Shown: piece by piece, positions 46,568 to 57,256 of the stretch
How positions within the stretch are numbered: position 1 is the first letter of the stretch
Layout: each line of letters starts with the position of its first letter
NCBI GenBank assembly: GCA_046735395.1
Contig: JBJKQR010000020.1
Span: forward strand, 23,926-87,925
Direction of reading: 5' to 3'
DNA length: 64,000 nucleotides
Origin: Fidelibacterota bacterium
Lineage (GTDB): Bacteria; Fidelibacterota; Fidelibacteria; Fidelibacterales; DSDE01
The notes under the pieces: generated by a model
Database searches by the model: none
Told to the model about the DNA's origin: nothing
The model's input: only the letters and a program-made list of their open reading frames with translations
Position numbers and translations under genes: made by a program

Positions 46568-49030
46568 ATGAAAAAACGATTCATTATTCCGTTTCTGGTA
46601 CTGATGGGCGCAGCCGGCCTGGCCGCTGCCGATCGTCCGCCCATTGATATCAACAGCGCCGACGAGGCCGTGCTGGCAGAACTGCCGGTGAGTGACGCCG
46701 TGATCCGCGCTCTGCTGGACTACCGATTCGAACACGGCAATTTCGAAAGCGTCTATGAAATCCGGACCGTGCCCGGTGTGAGCTACGATGATTTTCTGAC
46801 CCTGAAGGCCCATGTCGCCGTATTCCCCGAATATCTGAGCCGGGCCCAGAGAAATCTGGAGGATAATTTCTTCAAGTTCGAGCAGATGGCGTTTTCAGAC
46901 GGTAGTTCGGAGGGCCTGATTGATATGTGGATGGACCTGCTGTCCAATCCCCGCAATATCAATCATATGGATTATCAGGATCTGGCAAATCTTCCGGGCA
47001 TGACCCTCATGGATGTGAAGGCCGTCATGGAGTACCGCCAGCAGGGAAATATCATCCGCAGCGCCCGGGACCTCCGCAACCTGGAAGGCCTGTCCTATTA
47101 TGCCTACAGCAACCTGAGCGATTATGTCAGCTACGACGACGAGACAGACAGGACGTGGTCCGGACAGTATTCAACTATTGCAAAGAATACGCAGCTGAGC
47201 ATTGTGCCCGACGATGATCCCGCATCGGTGACCCTGTTCCAGGGACGTCGCGCCCCGCTGGATATATACCATAAGCTGCGGCTGACCTACGACCGGAATC
47301 TTGAAATGGGGATGACCTATTCCCGGTCCATGGGGGAGGCTGATGAATATTACAAACTGGGCAAACTGCGCATTCCCCGGGTCAAGGCTTATGTCTCGCG
47401 GGACTTCCGGAACGGGAAGTACTTCGGTGTCCGCAATGTGGTGCTGGGAAATTATATCGCCGCCTTCGGCCAGGGCCTGGTCATGGAAAGCACCGGATAT
47501 TATTCACCGCGCAAGGACGGTTACGGATTCAATAAACGCCTGACAGGAATTCAGGGCGATTTGAGCCGGAATATCAATTACACGCTGCGGGGCGCCGCTG
47601 CGGAATTCTATGCCGGAAATCTGATGCTGACTCCCTTCTTCTCATCGGAAGACCGGGATGCAGTCACCAACCCTGACGGCAGCTTCACAGCCCTGATCCG
47701 GATGGCCCCCCGTTATCCGGCCGGCCTATACGGTGAACTGACGGATCCCCTGCTGAGATCAGTCCGGGAAGTCATGTACGGCGCAAATCTCAGATATCTG
47801 TTTTCGAATTCACTGCAGATCGGGGCGACATTTTATGAAAGCCTCTATGACCGGATTCTGGATCCGCAGATAGAGAGCATTGTATCTCCCGACAACCTGA
47901 GCCGCTATCTCTATTCCATCGGAAACAGCGCGGATTCGGAGATTGAAGCCATGTACGGCAGTTCCGGCACGTCGGGCCTGTGGCCGGGAGCCCGGTCCTT
48001 CCGGCGCGTCATGGGCCTTGATGCATCCTGGGTGGTGAAGAATATTACCCTGCGCGGCGAATGGGGCGCACTCGATAAAAACGGTGACATGAATATCGGT
48101 CCCTCCGATCCGCGAGCCCTGGTGATGGACGCGAACTGGCAGTTTGAATCCCTTACATTCCAGGTCCTCTACCGGGATTATCAGGTGGGTTTCGACAATC
48201 CCTATCAGCGTTCCTTCAGTAATTATGCCCGTTACAAGAGTACGATCTTCGAGGATTCCTTTTATCTCATCGATCCGGTTTACGCCTTCCTGTATACGGG
48301 AGAAGTCCAGCCTCAGGCCGAAAAGGGCTGGTACTACTCCTTCCGCTATCAGCTTTCCCGACAGCTCATCCTGCAGGCGGAGCACGATATCTGGACGCGG
48401 GTTTCCGACCAGTCCCGTTACAACCGTCTGGTGCTGCGGGCGGATTACCGTCCGGTCTTCCAGTACCGAATTCAGGTCCGGCAGAAATTTCAGAACCGAT
48501 CGGCAGACGATAATTATTCACCAACCGGTTACAGCAGTAACGAGACACGTATCGATGTGCAGTCGCGCATGAGCCGTTTCAATTCCCTGAATCTGCTTTT
48601 CGGATATGGCTATACGGCATTCAATCCCCGGGCCCGGCTGACCTACAATGTAGCCGGAGGAACCTCGCTGGTCGGGAACGCGGGCAGTCCGGGCCGCGCT
48701 GTTGCCGCAAAATTCACCCACAATTTCAATGACCGTCTCAAGATCATTTCCCAATTCATGATCTACAACGGGTTTATCTGGAATTTTGAGGATACGGACT
48801 TCCGGGTGTATAACACGCTTACGGAGGCCTGGCACGGGTATATTGTGGTGTACAGCCGTCTGAACCGGAATCTCTCGGTCCGGCTGAAATATTCCTTTGA
48901 CAACCAGATGCCTCTGGATAATGTGACCGGAGCCGTTGTTCCGACGGAAACGGGATCCTATACCATGAATACGGTGACTTATCCCAAGGTGTACGATGAT
49001 TTCCGCATTCAACTTGATTACCATTTTTAG
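46568..49030 (+). CDS. ComEA-type helix-hairpin-helix protein fused to a probable outer-membrane barrel
   Basis: IDINSA..LAELP..YR..HGNF.SV.EI..VPGV and a second HhH (NIN..LANLPGM..L.NLEGL); C-terminal LDYHF. Confidence 0.75.
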   Translation: MKKRFIIPFLVLMGAAGLAAADRPPIDINSADEAVLAELPVSDAVIRALLDYRFEHGNFESVYEIRTVPGVSYDDFLTLKAHVAVFPEYLSRAQRNLEDNFFKFEQMAFSDGSSEGLIDMWMDLLSNPRNINHMDYQDLANLPGMTLMDVKAVMEYRQQGNIIRSARDLRNLEGLSYYAYSNLSDYVSYDDETDRTWSGQYSTIAKNTQLSIVPDDDPASVTLFQGRRAPLDIYHKLRLTYDRNLEMGMTYSRSMGEADEYYKLGKLRIPRVKAYVSRDFRNGKYFGVRNVVLGNYIAAFGQGLVMESTGYYSPRKDGYGFNKRLTGIQGDLSRNINYTLRGAAAEFYAGNLMLTPFFSSEDRDAVTNPDGSFTALIRMAPRYPAGLYGELTDPLLRSVREVMYGANLRYLFSNSLQIGATFYESLYDRILDPQIESIVSPDNLSRYLYSIGNSADSEIEAMYGSSGTSGLWPGARSFRRVMGLDASWVVKNITLRGEWGALDKNGDMNIGPSDPRALVMDANWQFESLTFQVLYRDYQVGFDNPYQRSFSNYARYKSTIFEDSFYLIDPVYAFLYTGEVQPQAEKGWYYSFRYQLSRQLILQAEHDIWTRVSDQSRYNRLVLRADYRPVFQYRIQVRQKFQNRSADDNYSPTGYSSNETRIDVQSRMSRFNSLNLLFGYGYTAFNPRARLTYNVAGGTSLVGNAGSPGRAVAAKFTHNFNDRLKIISQFMIYNGFIWNFEDTDFRVYNTLTEAWHGYIVVYSRLNRNLSVRLKYSFDNQMPLDNVTGAVVPTETGSYTMNTVTYPKVYDDFRIQLDYHF

Positions 49031-49042
49031 AACAGGTGAAGT

Positions 49043-50350
49043 ATGAAGACATTCAAGCAATTTTTGATACTTTTGTTCAGCGCTGCCGCGCTGCAGGCCC
49101 AGGGATATTTTTCCCGGTCCTTCACATCCGACGGCTCTCCGTCGACGGCCATAATGGAAGCCTGCGGAGGCAATTACGCCGCGGACCGCGGCAATCCGCT
49201 GCTCGGCCTCATGAATCCCGTGCTGCTGTCGTCCGAGAACGGGGGCAGGATTCGTTTCAGCGCACAGCTGAACGGGCTGCAGACCCGCGAAAGCCGGACC
49301 TTCCCGGTTCTGGACAGCTTCGATTCCTTCCTTGCGGACAATATCTATGTGCAGAATCATACATTCCGGGCCGCTTATGATATGGGACTGCGCTGCAGCT
49401 GGAATCAATTCAGTTTTGCCGTCGCCTCTGTGTCCCGCTACGATCTGAACTACAGTTACGCGGAAGAAGTGCGCGGCTCTCTCTATTCTGTCTATAACCG
49501 TGATCCGCTCATCGGCATTCATGAAGTGGAATTCACCGGATCGATCCGGGCCCTGAATATTGCGGTGTCCGCGGATGTGAATAACAGGCTGGGCCTGGGA
49601 TGCTCCTGGTCCGCCCTCACTGCGGCCAATCTCAGTGAAGGATATGGCGTCACGGTTCTGGGCGCGCCGTCCGGGGCTCTCGCTTCCGATACCACGACCT
49701 TCTTTCCCTCAACCTATACCATGGATCCGGCCGGAGAATTCATCGCGGGACTGCGTTTTACTCCCGTGAAACGTCTGGACATTCTCGCCTCCGCCCGCTT
49801 CACCGGTTCTCTTGATTTTTCCGGTGTGCAGGTGCTTCCGTCCCGGGATGCAGGTACCGGCCTTCCGGCATACAATCCGGTCGCGGACAGCCTGGCCACA
49901 GCCATGAATATACAGCTTCCGGCTCAGTACAGTCTGGGCCTGGTGTACCGTCCCGCGAATATTCTGCCGACCGAACTCTATCTTCAGACCGAATACCGGG
50001 CCGGTGACGGATTCGAAAACAGCGCTGCGGATACGAGTTCGCGCGTTCCTCTGAGCAGTCACTGGAGTTTTCATGCCGGAGTTCATCATGAATTTTTTAC
50101 CGGTGTGCCCTTCCGTGTCGGATTCAGTTATCTGCCTTCCGCCGTCAGCAGCAGCCTGAACCGCAGTATTCTCAGTTTCGGATCCGGCTTTCACAATGAG
50201 ATGGCGGCGCTGGATTTTTCCGTCAGTTTTACGGAATTTCAGTATGCCTATCCGGATCTCTTTCCCATAAAGGGTGAAGTCCGGAACTCTCTGGATACGG
50301 TAAAGGAACAGCAGATCCGCTATTACCTGGCCCTGACGGTGAATTTATAG
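49043..50350 (+). CDS. Probable outer-membrane beta-barrel (FadL-like)
   Basis: Signal peptide, MNP motif, alternating strands, LPAQYSLG, PFRVGF. Confidence 0.55.
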   Translation: MKTFKQFLILLFSAAALQAQGYFSRSFTSDGSPSTAIMEACGGNYAADRGNPLLGLMNPVLLSSENGGRIRFSAQLNGLQTRESRTFPVLDSFDSFLADNIYVQNHTFRAAYDMGLRCSWNQFSFAVASVSRYDLNYSYAEEVRGSLYSVYNRDPLIGIHEVEFTGSIRALNIAVSADVNNRLGLGCSWSALTAANLSEGYGVTVLGAPSGALASDTTTFFPSTYTMDPAGEFIAGLRFTPVKRLDILASARFTGSLDFSGVQVLPSRDAGTGLPAYNPVADSLATAMNIQLPAQYSLGLVYRPANILPTELYLQTEYRAGDGFENSAADTSSRVPLSSHWSFHAGVHHEFFTGVPFRVGFSYLPSAVSSSLNRSILSFGSGFHNEMAALDFSVSFTEFQYAYPDLFPIKGEVRNSLDTVKEQQIRYYLALTVNL

Positions 50351-50391
50351 ACAAAACAGTCCGGTTTACTGAAACTGAGGACGGGGATATT

Positions 50392-52035
50392 ATGATAAAA
50401 TTGACATACAGACTGATGATACCGCTGCTGATGGTGATAATGATGACAGGATTTGCTGCCGCAGACGACTTTCCTCCGGAGGATTTCCAGAAAGTGGTAC
50501 TGCTGTTCACCAACGATGTGCACGGCGGAATTGCCCGGGTGGAAGCCCGCTTCATGAACCCTGAATTTCCGCCCCTGATCGGGAATGGGCCGGCGCTGGC
50601 TGCCTACGTGAAGGCCCTGAGAACGGAAGCAGGCCGGAATAACTGGGGTGTTCTGCTTACCGATGCAGGCGATTTTTATTCCGGAACTCCCGTGGGAACC
50701 CTGAGCAAGGGCCGGGCTGTGGTTGACTTCATGAATTCTGTGGGATATGATGCCATGGCGGTCGGAAATCATGATTTTGACAAGGGCCGGGATGCACTGG
50801 CCGAGGATGCCGGCCTGGCGCATTTTCCCTTTCTTGCTGCCAATATTGTGGAATCGGCGACAGGAACCCAGCCGGATTGGATCAAACCCTGGATCATCAG
50901 GGACATTGCCGGGATAAAATTCGGAATCATCGGCATTGCCACCTCGTCCACACCGTCCATGAGTTTCCCGGATAATATCCGCGGGCTGGAATTTCTGCCG
51001 GAAATTCCCGTACTGCAAAAAGCGGTGCCCGAGCTGAAAAGGGCCGGAGCGCAGATCGTCATCGTCCTGTCCCACATGTGGCTGGAATACGAGCGGGACC
51101 AGACTGCTCAGGCGCTTTTTGAAAAAGGCTATGATTCGATTGATCCGAATGCGCCCGGCGTGGACGGAATGGAGGCTGCAGCAGCTGTTCCCGGAATTGA
51201 TATCATGTTTACCGGCCATGTACACAAAGGGTTTCCCACGCCCTATGAGGATCCCATTCATCATACACTGATCTTTCAGAATTTTGCCAACGGCAGTAAT
51301 CTGGGGCAGGTGAATATCTATGTCCATCGCCGGACTGCCACGCTGGCCGGTTATGATTTTGCCGTGGACGGGAATGATCTGATCACACTCATGGAAGATG
51401 AATTCTGGATTGACCCCGGGACGGACTCCGTGATTTCAGCGGAGGTGGCTGAGGCGGAAACCGGATTTGATGAAATACTGACGGTTCTGAAAAGTCCGCT
51501 CCGGCGAAGCAGCGAAGGCCAGTCCGTGCTGGGGAATATGGTGGTGGATGCCATGCGGGAGGCCGGATCTGCTGATATCGCATTTTCAAATTTCGGCGGA
51601 ATCCGGGCTGATCTCGAAGCCGGGCCGCTTACGCCCCGTGATCTGTTTCAGGTTCTTCCCTACGGCAACAAGCTGACGGTTTTTCAGGTCAGCGGTGAGT
51701 TCATCAAATCCCTCATTGAGGACCGGGTCCAGGGTGCGAGCCGCGGAATGCTGGTCAGCGGTGCTGTCATCACCGTCGACAAGGCCCGTGAAAACGGAGA
51801 CCGGGTCAGCATCGACCGGATCAACGGCCAGCCCTTTGATGCGGCGAAAACCTATCGTCTGGCGATTTCTGATTATCTGGCGGAGGGAAATTCCGGTTAT
51901 GATCTGCTGACGTCCGTTCCGGCAGCCCAGATCAATTATTCGGGCATTGTTATCCGGCAGGCACTCATTGAGTATATCACCCGAACCGGTGTGGATAAAT
52001 CAGGGATTGATAATCGCTGGACCGTTCTGAAATAA
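50392..52035 (+). CDS. Secreted 5'-nucleotidase / metallophosphoesterase (UshA-like)
   Basis: TNDVHG, DAGD, GNHDFD, LSH, GHVH, NFGGIR, LPYGN. Confidence 0.92.
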   Translation: MIKLTYRLMIPLLMVIMMTGFAAADDFPPEDFQKVVLLFTNDVHGGIARVEARFMNPEFPPLIGNGPALAAYVKALRTEAGRNNWGVLLTDAGDFYSGTPVGTLSKGRAVVDFMNSVGYDAMAVGNHDFDKGRDALAEDAGLAHFPFLAANIVESATGTQPDWIKPWIIRDIAGIKFGIIGIATSSTPSMSFPDNIRGLEFLPEIPVLQKAVPELKRAGAQIVIVLSHMWLEYERDQTAQALFEKGYDSIDPNAPGVDGMEAAAAVPGIDIMFTGHVHKGFPTPYEDPIHHTLIFQNFANGSNLGQVNIYVHRRTATLAGYDFAVDGNDLITLMEDEFWIDPGTDSVISAEVAEAETGFDEILTVLKSPLRRSSEGQSVLGNMVVDAMREAGSADIAFSNFGGIRADLEAGPLTPRDLFQVLPYGNKLTVFQVSGEFIKSLIEDRVQGASRGMLVSGAVITVDKARENGDRVSIDRINGQPFDAAKTYRLAISDYLAEGNSGYDLLTSVPAAQINYSGIVIRQALIEYITRTGVDKSGIDNRWTVLK

Positions 52036-52291
52036 CGGTTCGGAGTGGCATGGGGTTCATCGTCGTAAAGCGTTGTAAGCGTTGTAATTATATAATAAAC
52101 AACAGGCCGGCGAAAAAGCCCGAGAAATATTTTTGTTTGCGGATATTATTTTTATAATTTACATCCCCCGCAAACAGGGTCAGGAAACAGGAGTTAGATG
52201 AAGCGGTCGGCGTATATAACTTTATCATGCAGCCGCAGCTCCTCGACAGTGAAAAAAACTAACCGAATACTCACAAAAGATCAGTGCTAAA

Positions 52292-54460
52292 ATGCTTAAA
52301 TTCATGGCTATGAAAAACAAACTTTTTATTCTCAGTTTATTCGTTCCCGTAATGCTGCTTCAGGCGGAGGATGCGCCCTGGATGCACCGGGAAAATCAGC
52401 ATGTCCGTCTAAGTAAGACCGCTGTGGACGACTATGTCCATTATACAACGGTCGGTCAGATCGGGCTGACGATTACCAATTTCGGACTTCTGGGTGAAGG
52501 CTATAACAATCCGGATCAGCCGAGCTGCATGTATCGCCAGTATCCTGATAATCTCAAGGAGCAGATCGAGCATTTCAGCTATGCCGGCCTGTGGATCGGC
52601 GGGATCGTCAATGATACGAAATACGTGAGTACGGCTATCGTGGACGGTGTGTTTGATAATGCCGCGGAAGGATTTGAATTTGCGGCCAATGGAGATTCCA
52701 TCAAGGTCAGGTCTTCCATTACCACGTCTCCGGTGTACTCGCCCGAAGCGGTTTCGCATCAGGATTTTATGGCCCGCTTCAGCGACAGGAAATCCGTGGC
52801 GAATCATACGCCGCTCAATATCGACGTTTATATGGAATCCTATGCCTGGAATTACAGCTTTGCCGATGCCTTCGTGATTCTCAATTATCACATCATCAAT
52901 ACGGGCACCCAGGATATCAGGAATATTTACGCCGGAATCTGGGCCGATGCCAGTATCGGCAATATGAATTATACAAATATTTACGAACCGGGCGGAGGCT
53001 GGGACTGGTATGACAACCTGAACGGCTATGACCAGACCGTCTTTGATCCGGTGAAAACCGATGATCTGCCGGGAATTCCCCGGGATATTGCCTACCAGTA
53101 CGACGCGGACGGAGACAACGGATATTCCGAGAGCTACCTCGGTATTACGGTTCTGGGAAGCAATGTTCCCCGTGAATACTGGGGAAGTCATTATAATCAG
53201 TGGCCCTGGACCACATCATCGGATCTGACTTACCCCGAAATGATCATGCCGGTGGACGATGCCCAGCGTTATGACAAGATGCGGTCGACCCAGCCGATCC
53301 GGCCGGGCCTTACCGGATATACAGCTGAAGGATTTCCGAGCGAAACGCGCAGCTGGATGATGCTGCTCAGCGCCGGTCCTTTCGGCCATGATCTGGATGC
53401 GACGGATTCCACGACCTGGATTCTCCATCCCGGTGACACCACGAACGTGGTCTTTGCCGTGGGAGCCGGATTCTGGGCGAACGGCAGCCTGGACAACACA
53501 CCCGCACGCCGTGCAATCCTGCAGGGAAACCTGGACTGGGCGCAGAAAGCTTACAATGGCGAGGACAGCAACGGCAACGGATATCTGGATCCGGGTGAGG
53601 ACCAGAATGACGATGGCGTTCTCAACCGTTATATCCTTCCCGTACCGCCGCCGTCACCCAAACTGAAAATTGTGGTGAGTGATGCCCGCGCGGATCTGTA
53701 TTGGGATGATGCTCCGGAGGATTTTCAAGATCCCATCAGCCGGGAAAAAGATTTCGAAGGTTACCGGATTTACGGCCGCCAGAAAACGTCTGATGTTGAA
53801 AATAAATGGACGCTGCTGGCCACCTTTGACAAAAAGGATGAATTCGGCTACAATACCGGATTTGATTATGTGCGGATCACGGATGAGTCCGGGAATCCTT
53901 CCTTTACCGTGATTGACGGGGACACCTTTACCTATAAGTTCAGCAATGTGGGAATTCTGAACGGCTGGCCGGAAAAGAATGTCTATTCCGTAACCTCCTA
54001 TGATACGGGTGATCCCAAGACCGACCTGGAATCGCTGGAGTCATCGGTTCTGGAAAACATGACTTCGGTCATTGCCGGTAAACGTCCCAATGATAATTTT
54101 GAATGGAAGGTCGGCGTCTATCCCAATCCCTACCGGGTTTCTGCGGGCTGGGATGGCCCGGAAGTCCGGGATCGGCTGATCTGGTTTACAGGTCTGCCCT
54201 CCAAATGTACGATTCGAATCTATACTATTGCCGGGGAGCTTCTCGATGAGATCGACCACGACAGTGAAACCTGGAAAGCGGATGATGTGGAGCGACTCTC
54301 GTCCGTGGCCTCCGGAAATCTTTCACTGTCCGGCGGCGAACATGCCTGGGATCTCATTACCAAATACGATCAGGCCATTGCAACCGGCCTGTACCTGTAT
54401 TCTGTGGAGGATAAGGCTACCGGGGCCACCCGCACCGGTAGATTTCTGGTAATAAAATAA
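52292..54460 (+). CDS. Secreted hypothetical protein with Ca-binding-like repeats, FN3-like domain and T9SS-like CTD
   Basis: Signal peptide; GEDSNGNGYLDPGEDQNDDG; PPPSP..DFEGYRIY; VYPNPY..IRIYTIAG..GLYLY..FLVIK. Start may be 52304 or 52310. Confidence 0.6.
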   Translation: MLKFMAMKNKLFILSLFVPVMLLQAEDAPWMHRENQHVRLSKTAVDDYVHYTTVGQIGLTITNFGLLGEGYNNPDQPSCMYRQYPDNLKEQIEHFSYAGLWIGGIVNDTKYVSTAIVDGVFDNAAEGFEFAANGDSIKVRSSITTSPVYSPEAVSHQDFMARFSDRKSVANHTPLNIDVYMESYAWNYSFADAFVILNYHIINTGTQDIRNIYAGIWADASIGNMNYTNIYEPGGGWDWYDNLNGYDQTVFDPVKTDDLPGIPRDIAYQYDADGDNGYSESYLGITVLGSNVPREYWGSHYNQWPWTTSSDLTYPEMIMPVDDAQRYDKMRSTQPIRPGLTGYTAEGFPSETRSWMMLLSAGPFGHDLDATDSTTWILHPGDTTNVVFAVGAGFWANGSLDNTPARRAILQGNLDWAQKAYNGEDSNGNGYLDPGEDQNDDGVLNRYILPVPPPSPKLKIVVSDARADLYWDDAPEDFQDPISREKDFEGYRIYGRQKTSDVENKWTLLATFDKKDEFGYNTGFDYVRITDESGNPSFTVIDGDTFTYKFSNVGILNGWPEKNVYSVTSYDTGDPKTDLESLESSVLENMTSVIAGKRPNDNFEWKVGVYPNPYRVSAGWDGPEVRDRLIWFTGLPSKCTIRIYTIAGELLDEIDHDSETWKADDVERLSSVASGNLSLSGGEHAWDLITKYDQAIATGLYLYSVEDKATGATRTGRFLVIK

Positions 54461-54474
54461 AAAAAGGAGCCATT

Positions 54475-57204
54475 ATGAAGAGAATGTTAACGGTTTTCGC
54501 TCTGCTTGCAGCCGGATCTCTGGCGGCAACGACGATTCATGACATTCAGTACACAACAGATCCTTCGGGGGACTCTCCCATGAAAGGACAGGTCGTGACG
54601 GTTACGGCCGAAGTCACGGGTGAACCCTATGCCTACGGCGGATCTTCCTTCTACATTCAGGATGCGAACGCCCCTTGGTCAGGAATCAACGTCTATGACT
54701 CCGGTTTTTCCGGAAGAGGACTGATTATCGGTGAAGGTGACAGCATTACCATCACCGGAACAGTTGATGAATATCATGGAAAAACCGAGCTCACCAATAT
54801 TACATCTATTACAGTTGACAGCGTCGGCGTCTTCAGTATCAAGCCTCAGGTTCTGACAACCGGAGAGCTGGCCGATTCCACCGGCAATGCCGAGAGCTGG
54901 GAAGGCGTGCTGGTTCAGGTAAAGAATGTGGACATCACCAATCCCGATCTGGGTAATGGCGAATGGTCCATTGATGACGGCAGCGGTGATGTAAAGGTTG
55001 ATGATGCAGCCAAATATTATTTCTGGCAGGCAGAATACGCAAACTGTCTTTCCGTGACCGGCCCCCTCGATTACACCTACAGTCAGTTCAAGATCATTCC
55101 CCGTCTGGCCAATGATATTATCGAAGGCCATAAGATCGGTGAAAGCAAGAACTACACCCGCATTCAGAGAATACAGCAGGTTCGTTATTCCGATCTGCTC
55201 CGCACGCCCACCGATGTCCGTGCCAGCGACAGCTATATGTCCGATCCCAACGCAGCCGCCGGGTATTCCCCTGATTCCACAATTACGGTCTACGGTGTGG
55301 TAACCATGCCCACCGGCCTTTCCTATGCGGGCGCCGGTGTGAAATTCATGCTTGCCGATCTTCACGGCGGCCCTTGGTCCGCCATCATGTCCTACAACAG
55401 TGATGCCTCCGTATATCCGAATATGACGGAAGGTTACGAAATTGAAATGTCCGGATATGTGGGCGAATATTTCACCAGCCCCTCTGCCATGACTGAATAC
55501 TGGCTGGTGGGTGATGTGGAAGTTAAACAGATCCCGATTCCCGGTTACTGGACCAGCCGCGTACCCGAGCCACCGGTGGTAAAGACGTCTGATCTGCGTT
55601 GGCCGACTACGGCTGAACAGTGGGAAAACGTCTATGTGACCATTCAGGATGCCTGGGTCAGTGAACTGAATATTACCAATTATGTGATGGGTGTGAATGA
55701 CGGATCCGGCCAGGTTCTGATCGTTGCCGATTCCGACAGTCTCAGAAAACGCGGAACCTACCCCGGTGATCCTTATGTGGCGCCGCCCATGAATACTCCC
55801 ATCGAATCCATCACCGGATGGGTTTATCATCATTACGGATCCTACGCCGATTCCACCGCCTACGGTGTCTGCCCCAATTACAAGGAAGACATTGTTCTGG
55901 GTGAAGGACCGGCCATGATCCTCAAACCCACCCGTACACCTGCCGGATGGGCGAAAAGTACTGAAACAGTTGACGTTTCAGCGACTATTTCCACGGTACG
56001 CCAGATTGTCGACGCTTCGGTCTATTATCGGGTCGATGGCGGTGACTATACGGCCGTTGCCATGACGGAAGGCGCCGACGATGTGTGGACCGCCACCCTG
56101 CCGGCTCAGGCGGCTGAATCATTCGTGGATTACTATTACTCCGTTACCGATGACTCTTCGGATATATCTCTGCTGCCGGCTGATATTACAACCCGGAACT
56201 ATTCGTATCTGGTATTGGATCGCGATCCGAGCATCTACGACATTCAGTACACGGATTGGGCTACAGGTGCCAGTCCTCTGACCGGAGCCAAAGTCAAGGT
56301 GACCGGTGTTGTCCAGACTGCTTCGGATCCCTTCGTGACGAATTATACCTACGGTTCCTACTCATACCTCTCCATCGCCGACGCTGCCGGCGGCCCCTGG
56401 AACGGCATTTTTCTCGGCGCTGCACCCGCCACCCTCTCCGGATTCAAGGAAGGTGACCTGGTTGATGCCTGGGGAAGCGTGACCGAAACAATGGATAATG
56501 CCTACTGGCGCTGGGAAAACAATACGACGGTTCAGCTCGATTCCATCAAGCTCGTGGAAGCCTCCACTCCGGTTACACCCGTGACGGTGACCACCGGTAC
56601 CATCGCGGCCAATCCGGAAGCCTATGAAGGAACGCTGGTCCGGATCGAAACTCCGACCATGACCGCTGTAAACCAGTATGACTGTACCATCGACAATGGT
56701 GACGGCGGTATCCTTCTCGATGATGATGCCGTAGCCGTTGATTCTTCCTTCAATATCGTGGGGTATGACTACGCGCTGATTGCAAAACATGATACGGTAA
56801 AAGTAAATGATCAGCTTCCCACTGTGACCGGCGTCTTTATTTATTCCTACGGGACCTTCAAGATTGAAGTCCGGAAAGTTGAAGATTTCGATGGCTACGT
56901 AGGTATCAGGAACAAGGAAGTGGCAAATCATTTCAAACTGCATCAGAATTACCCCAATCCCTTCAATCCCACCACGACGCTCGCGTTCGATCTTCCTTCC
57001 GCCAGCCATGTCACTCTGGTTATTTACAGCATCACCGGCCAGAAAGTGAAAACTCTGACGAACCGCGAATTTACTCAGGGATACCACACGCTGGTCTGGG
57101 ATGGCCATAACGAGATGAATGAACAGGTCGGATCCGGAATCTACCTCTATCGCCTGAAGGCCGGGGATTTCACCGCTGTTCGCAAAATGACATTCATTAA
57201 ATAA
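54475..57204 (+). CDS. Secreted protein with three OB-fold-pair modules and T9SS type A-like CTD
   Basis: Recurrent I.DIQY..SP..G..V.V.G.V..GPWSGI..E.WEG.LV modules; LHQNYPNPFNPTT..SGIYLY..RKMTFIK. Confidence 0.75.
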   Translation: MKRMLTVFALLAAGSLAATTIHDIQYTTDPSGDSPMKGQVVTVTAEVTGEPYAYGGSSFYIQDANAPWSGINVYDSGFSGRGLIIGEGDSITITGTVDEYHGKTELTNITSITVDSVGVFSIKPQVLTTGELADSTGNAESWEGVLVQVKNVDITNPDLGNGEWSIDDGSGDVKVDDAAKYYFWQAEYANCLSVTGPLDYTYSQFKIIPRLANDIIEGHKIGESKNYTRIQRIQQVRYSDLLRTPTDVRASDSYMSDPNAAAGYSPDSTITVYGVVTMPTGLSYAGAGVKFMLADLHGGPWSAIMSYNSDASVYPNMTEGYEIEMSGYVGEYFTSPSAMTEYWLVGDVEVKQIPIPGYWTSRVPEPPVVKTSDLRWPTTAEQWENVYVTIQDAWVSELNITNYVMGVNDGSGQVLIVADSDSLRKRGTYPGDPYVAPPMNTPIESITGWVYHHYGSYADSTAYGVCPNYKEDIVLGEGPAMILKPTRTPAGWAKSTETVDVSATISTVRQIVDASVYYRVDGGDYTAVAMTEGADDVWTATLPAQAAESFVDYYYSVTDDSSDISLLPADITTRNYSYLVLDRDPSIYDIQYTDWATGASPLTGAKVKVTGVVQTASDPFVTNYTYGSYSYLSIADAAGGPWNGIFLGAAPATLSGFKEGDLVDAWGSVTETMDNAYWRWENNTTVQLDSIKLVEASTPVTPVTVTTGTIAANPEAYEGTLVRIETPTMTAVNQYDCTIDNGDGGILLDDDAVAVDSSFNIVGYDYALIAKHDTVKVNDQLPTVTGVFIYSYGTFKIEVRKVEDFDGYVGIRNKEVANHFKLHQNYPNPFNPTTTLAFDLPSASHVTLVIYSITGQKVKTLTNREFTQGYHTLVWDGHNEMNEQVGSGIYLYRLKAGDFTAVRKMTFIK

Positions 57205-57217
57205 TAAAATGAAAGAC

Positions 57218-57251
57218 AGGGGCTGACAGCGTTGGCTGCCGGCCCCTTTTT
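57218..57251 (+). terminator. Intra-locus terminator-like hairpin
   Basis: AGGGGCTG...CGGCCCCT followed by a T run, 5 nt before ATG 57257. Confidence 0.65.
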
Positions 57252-57256
57252 CCATT

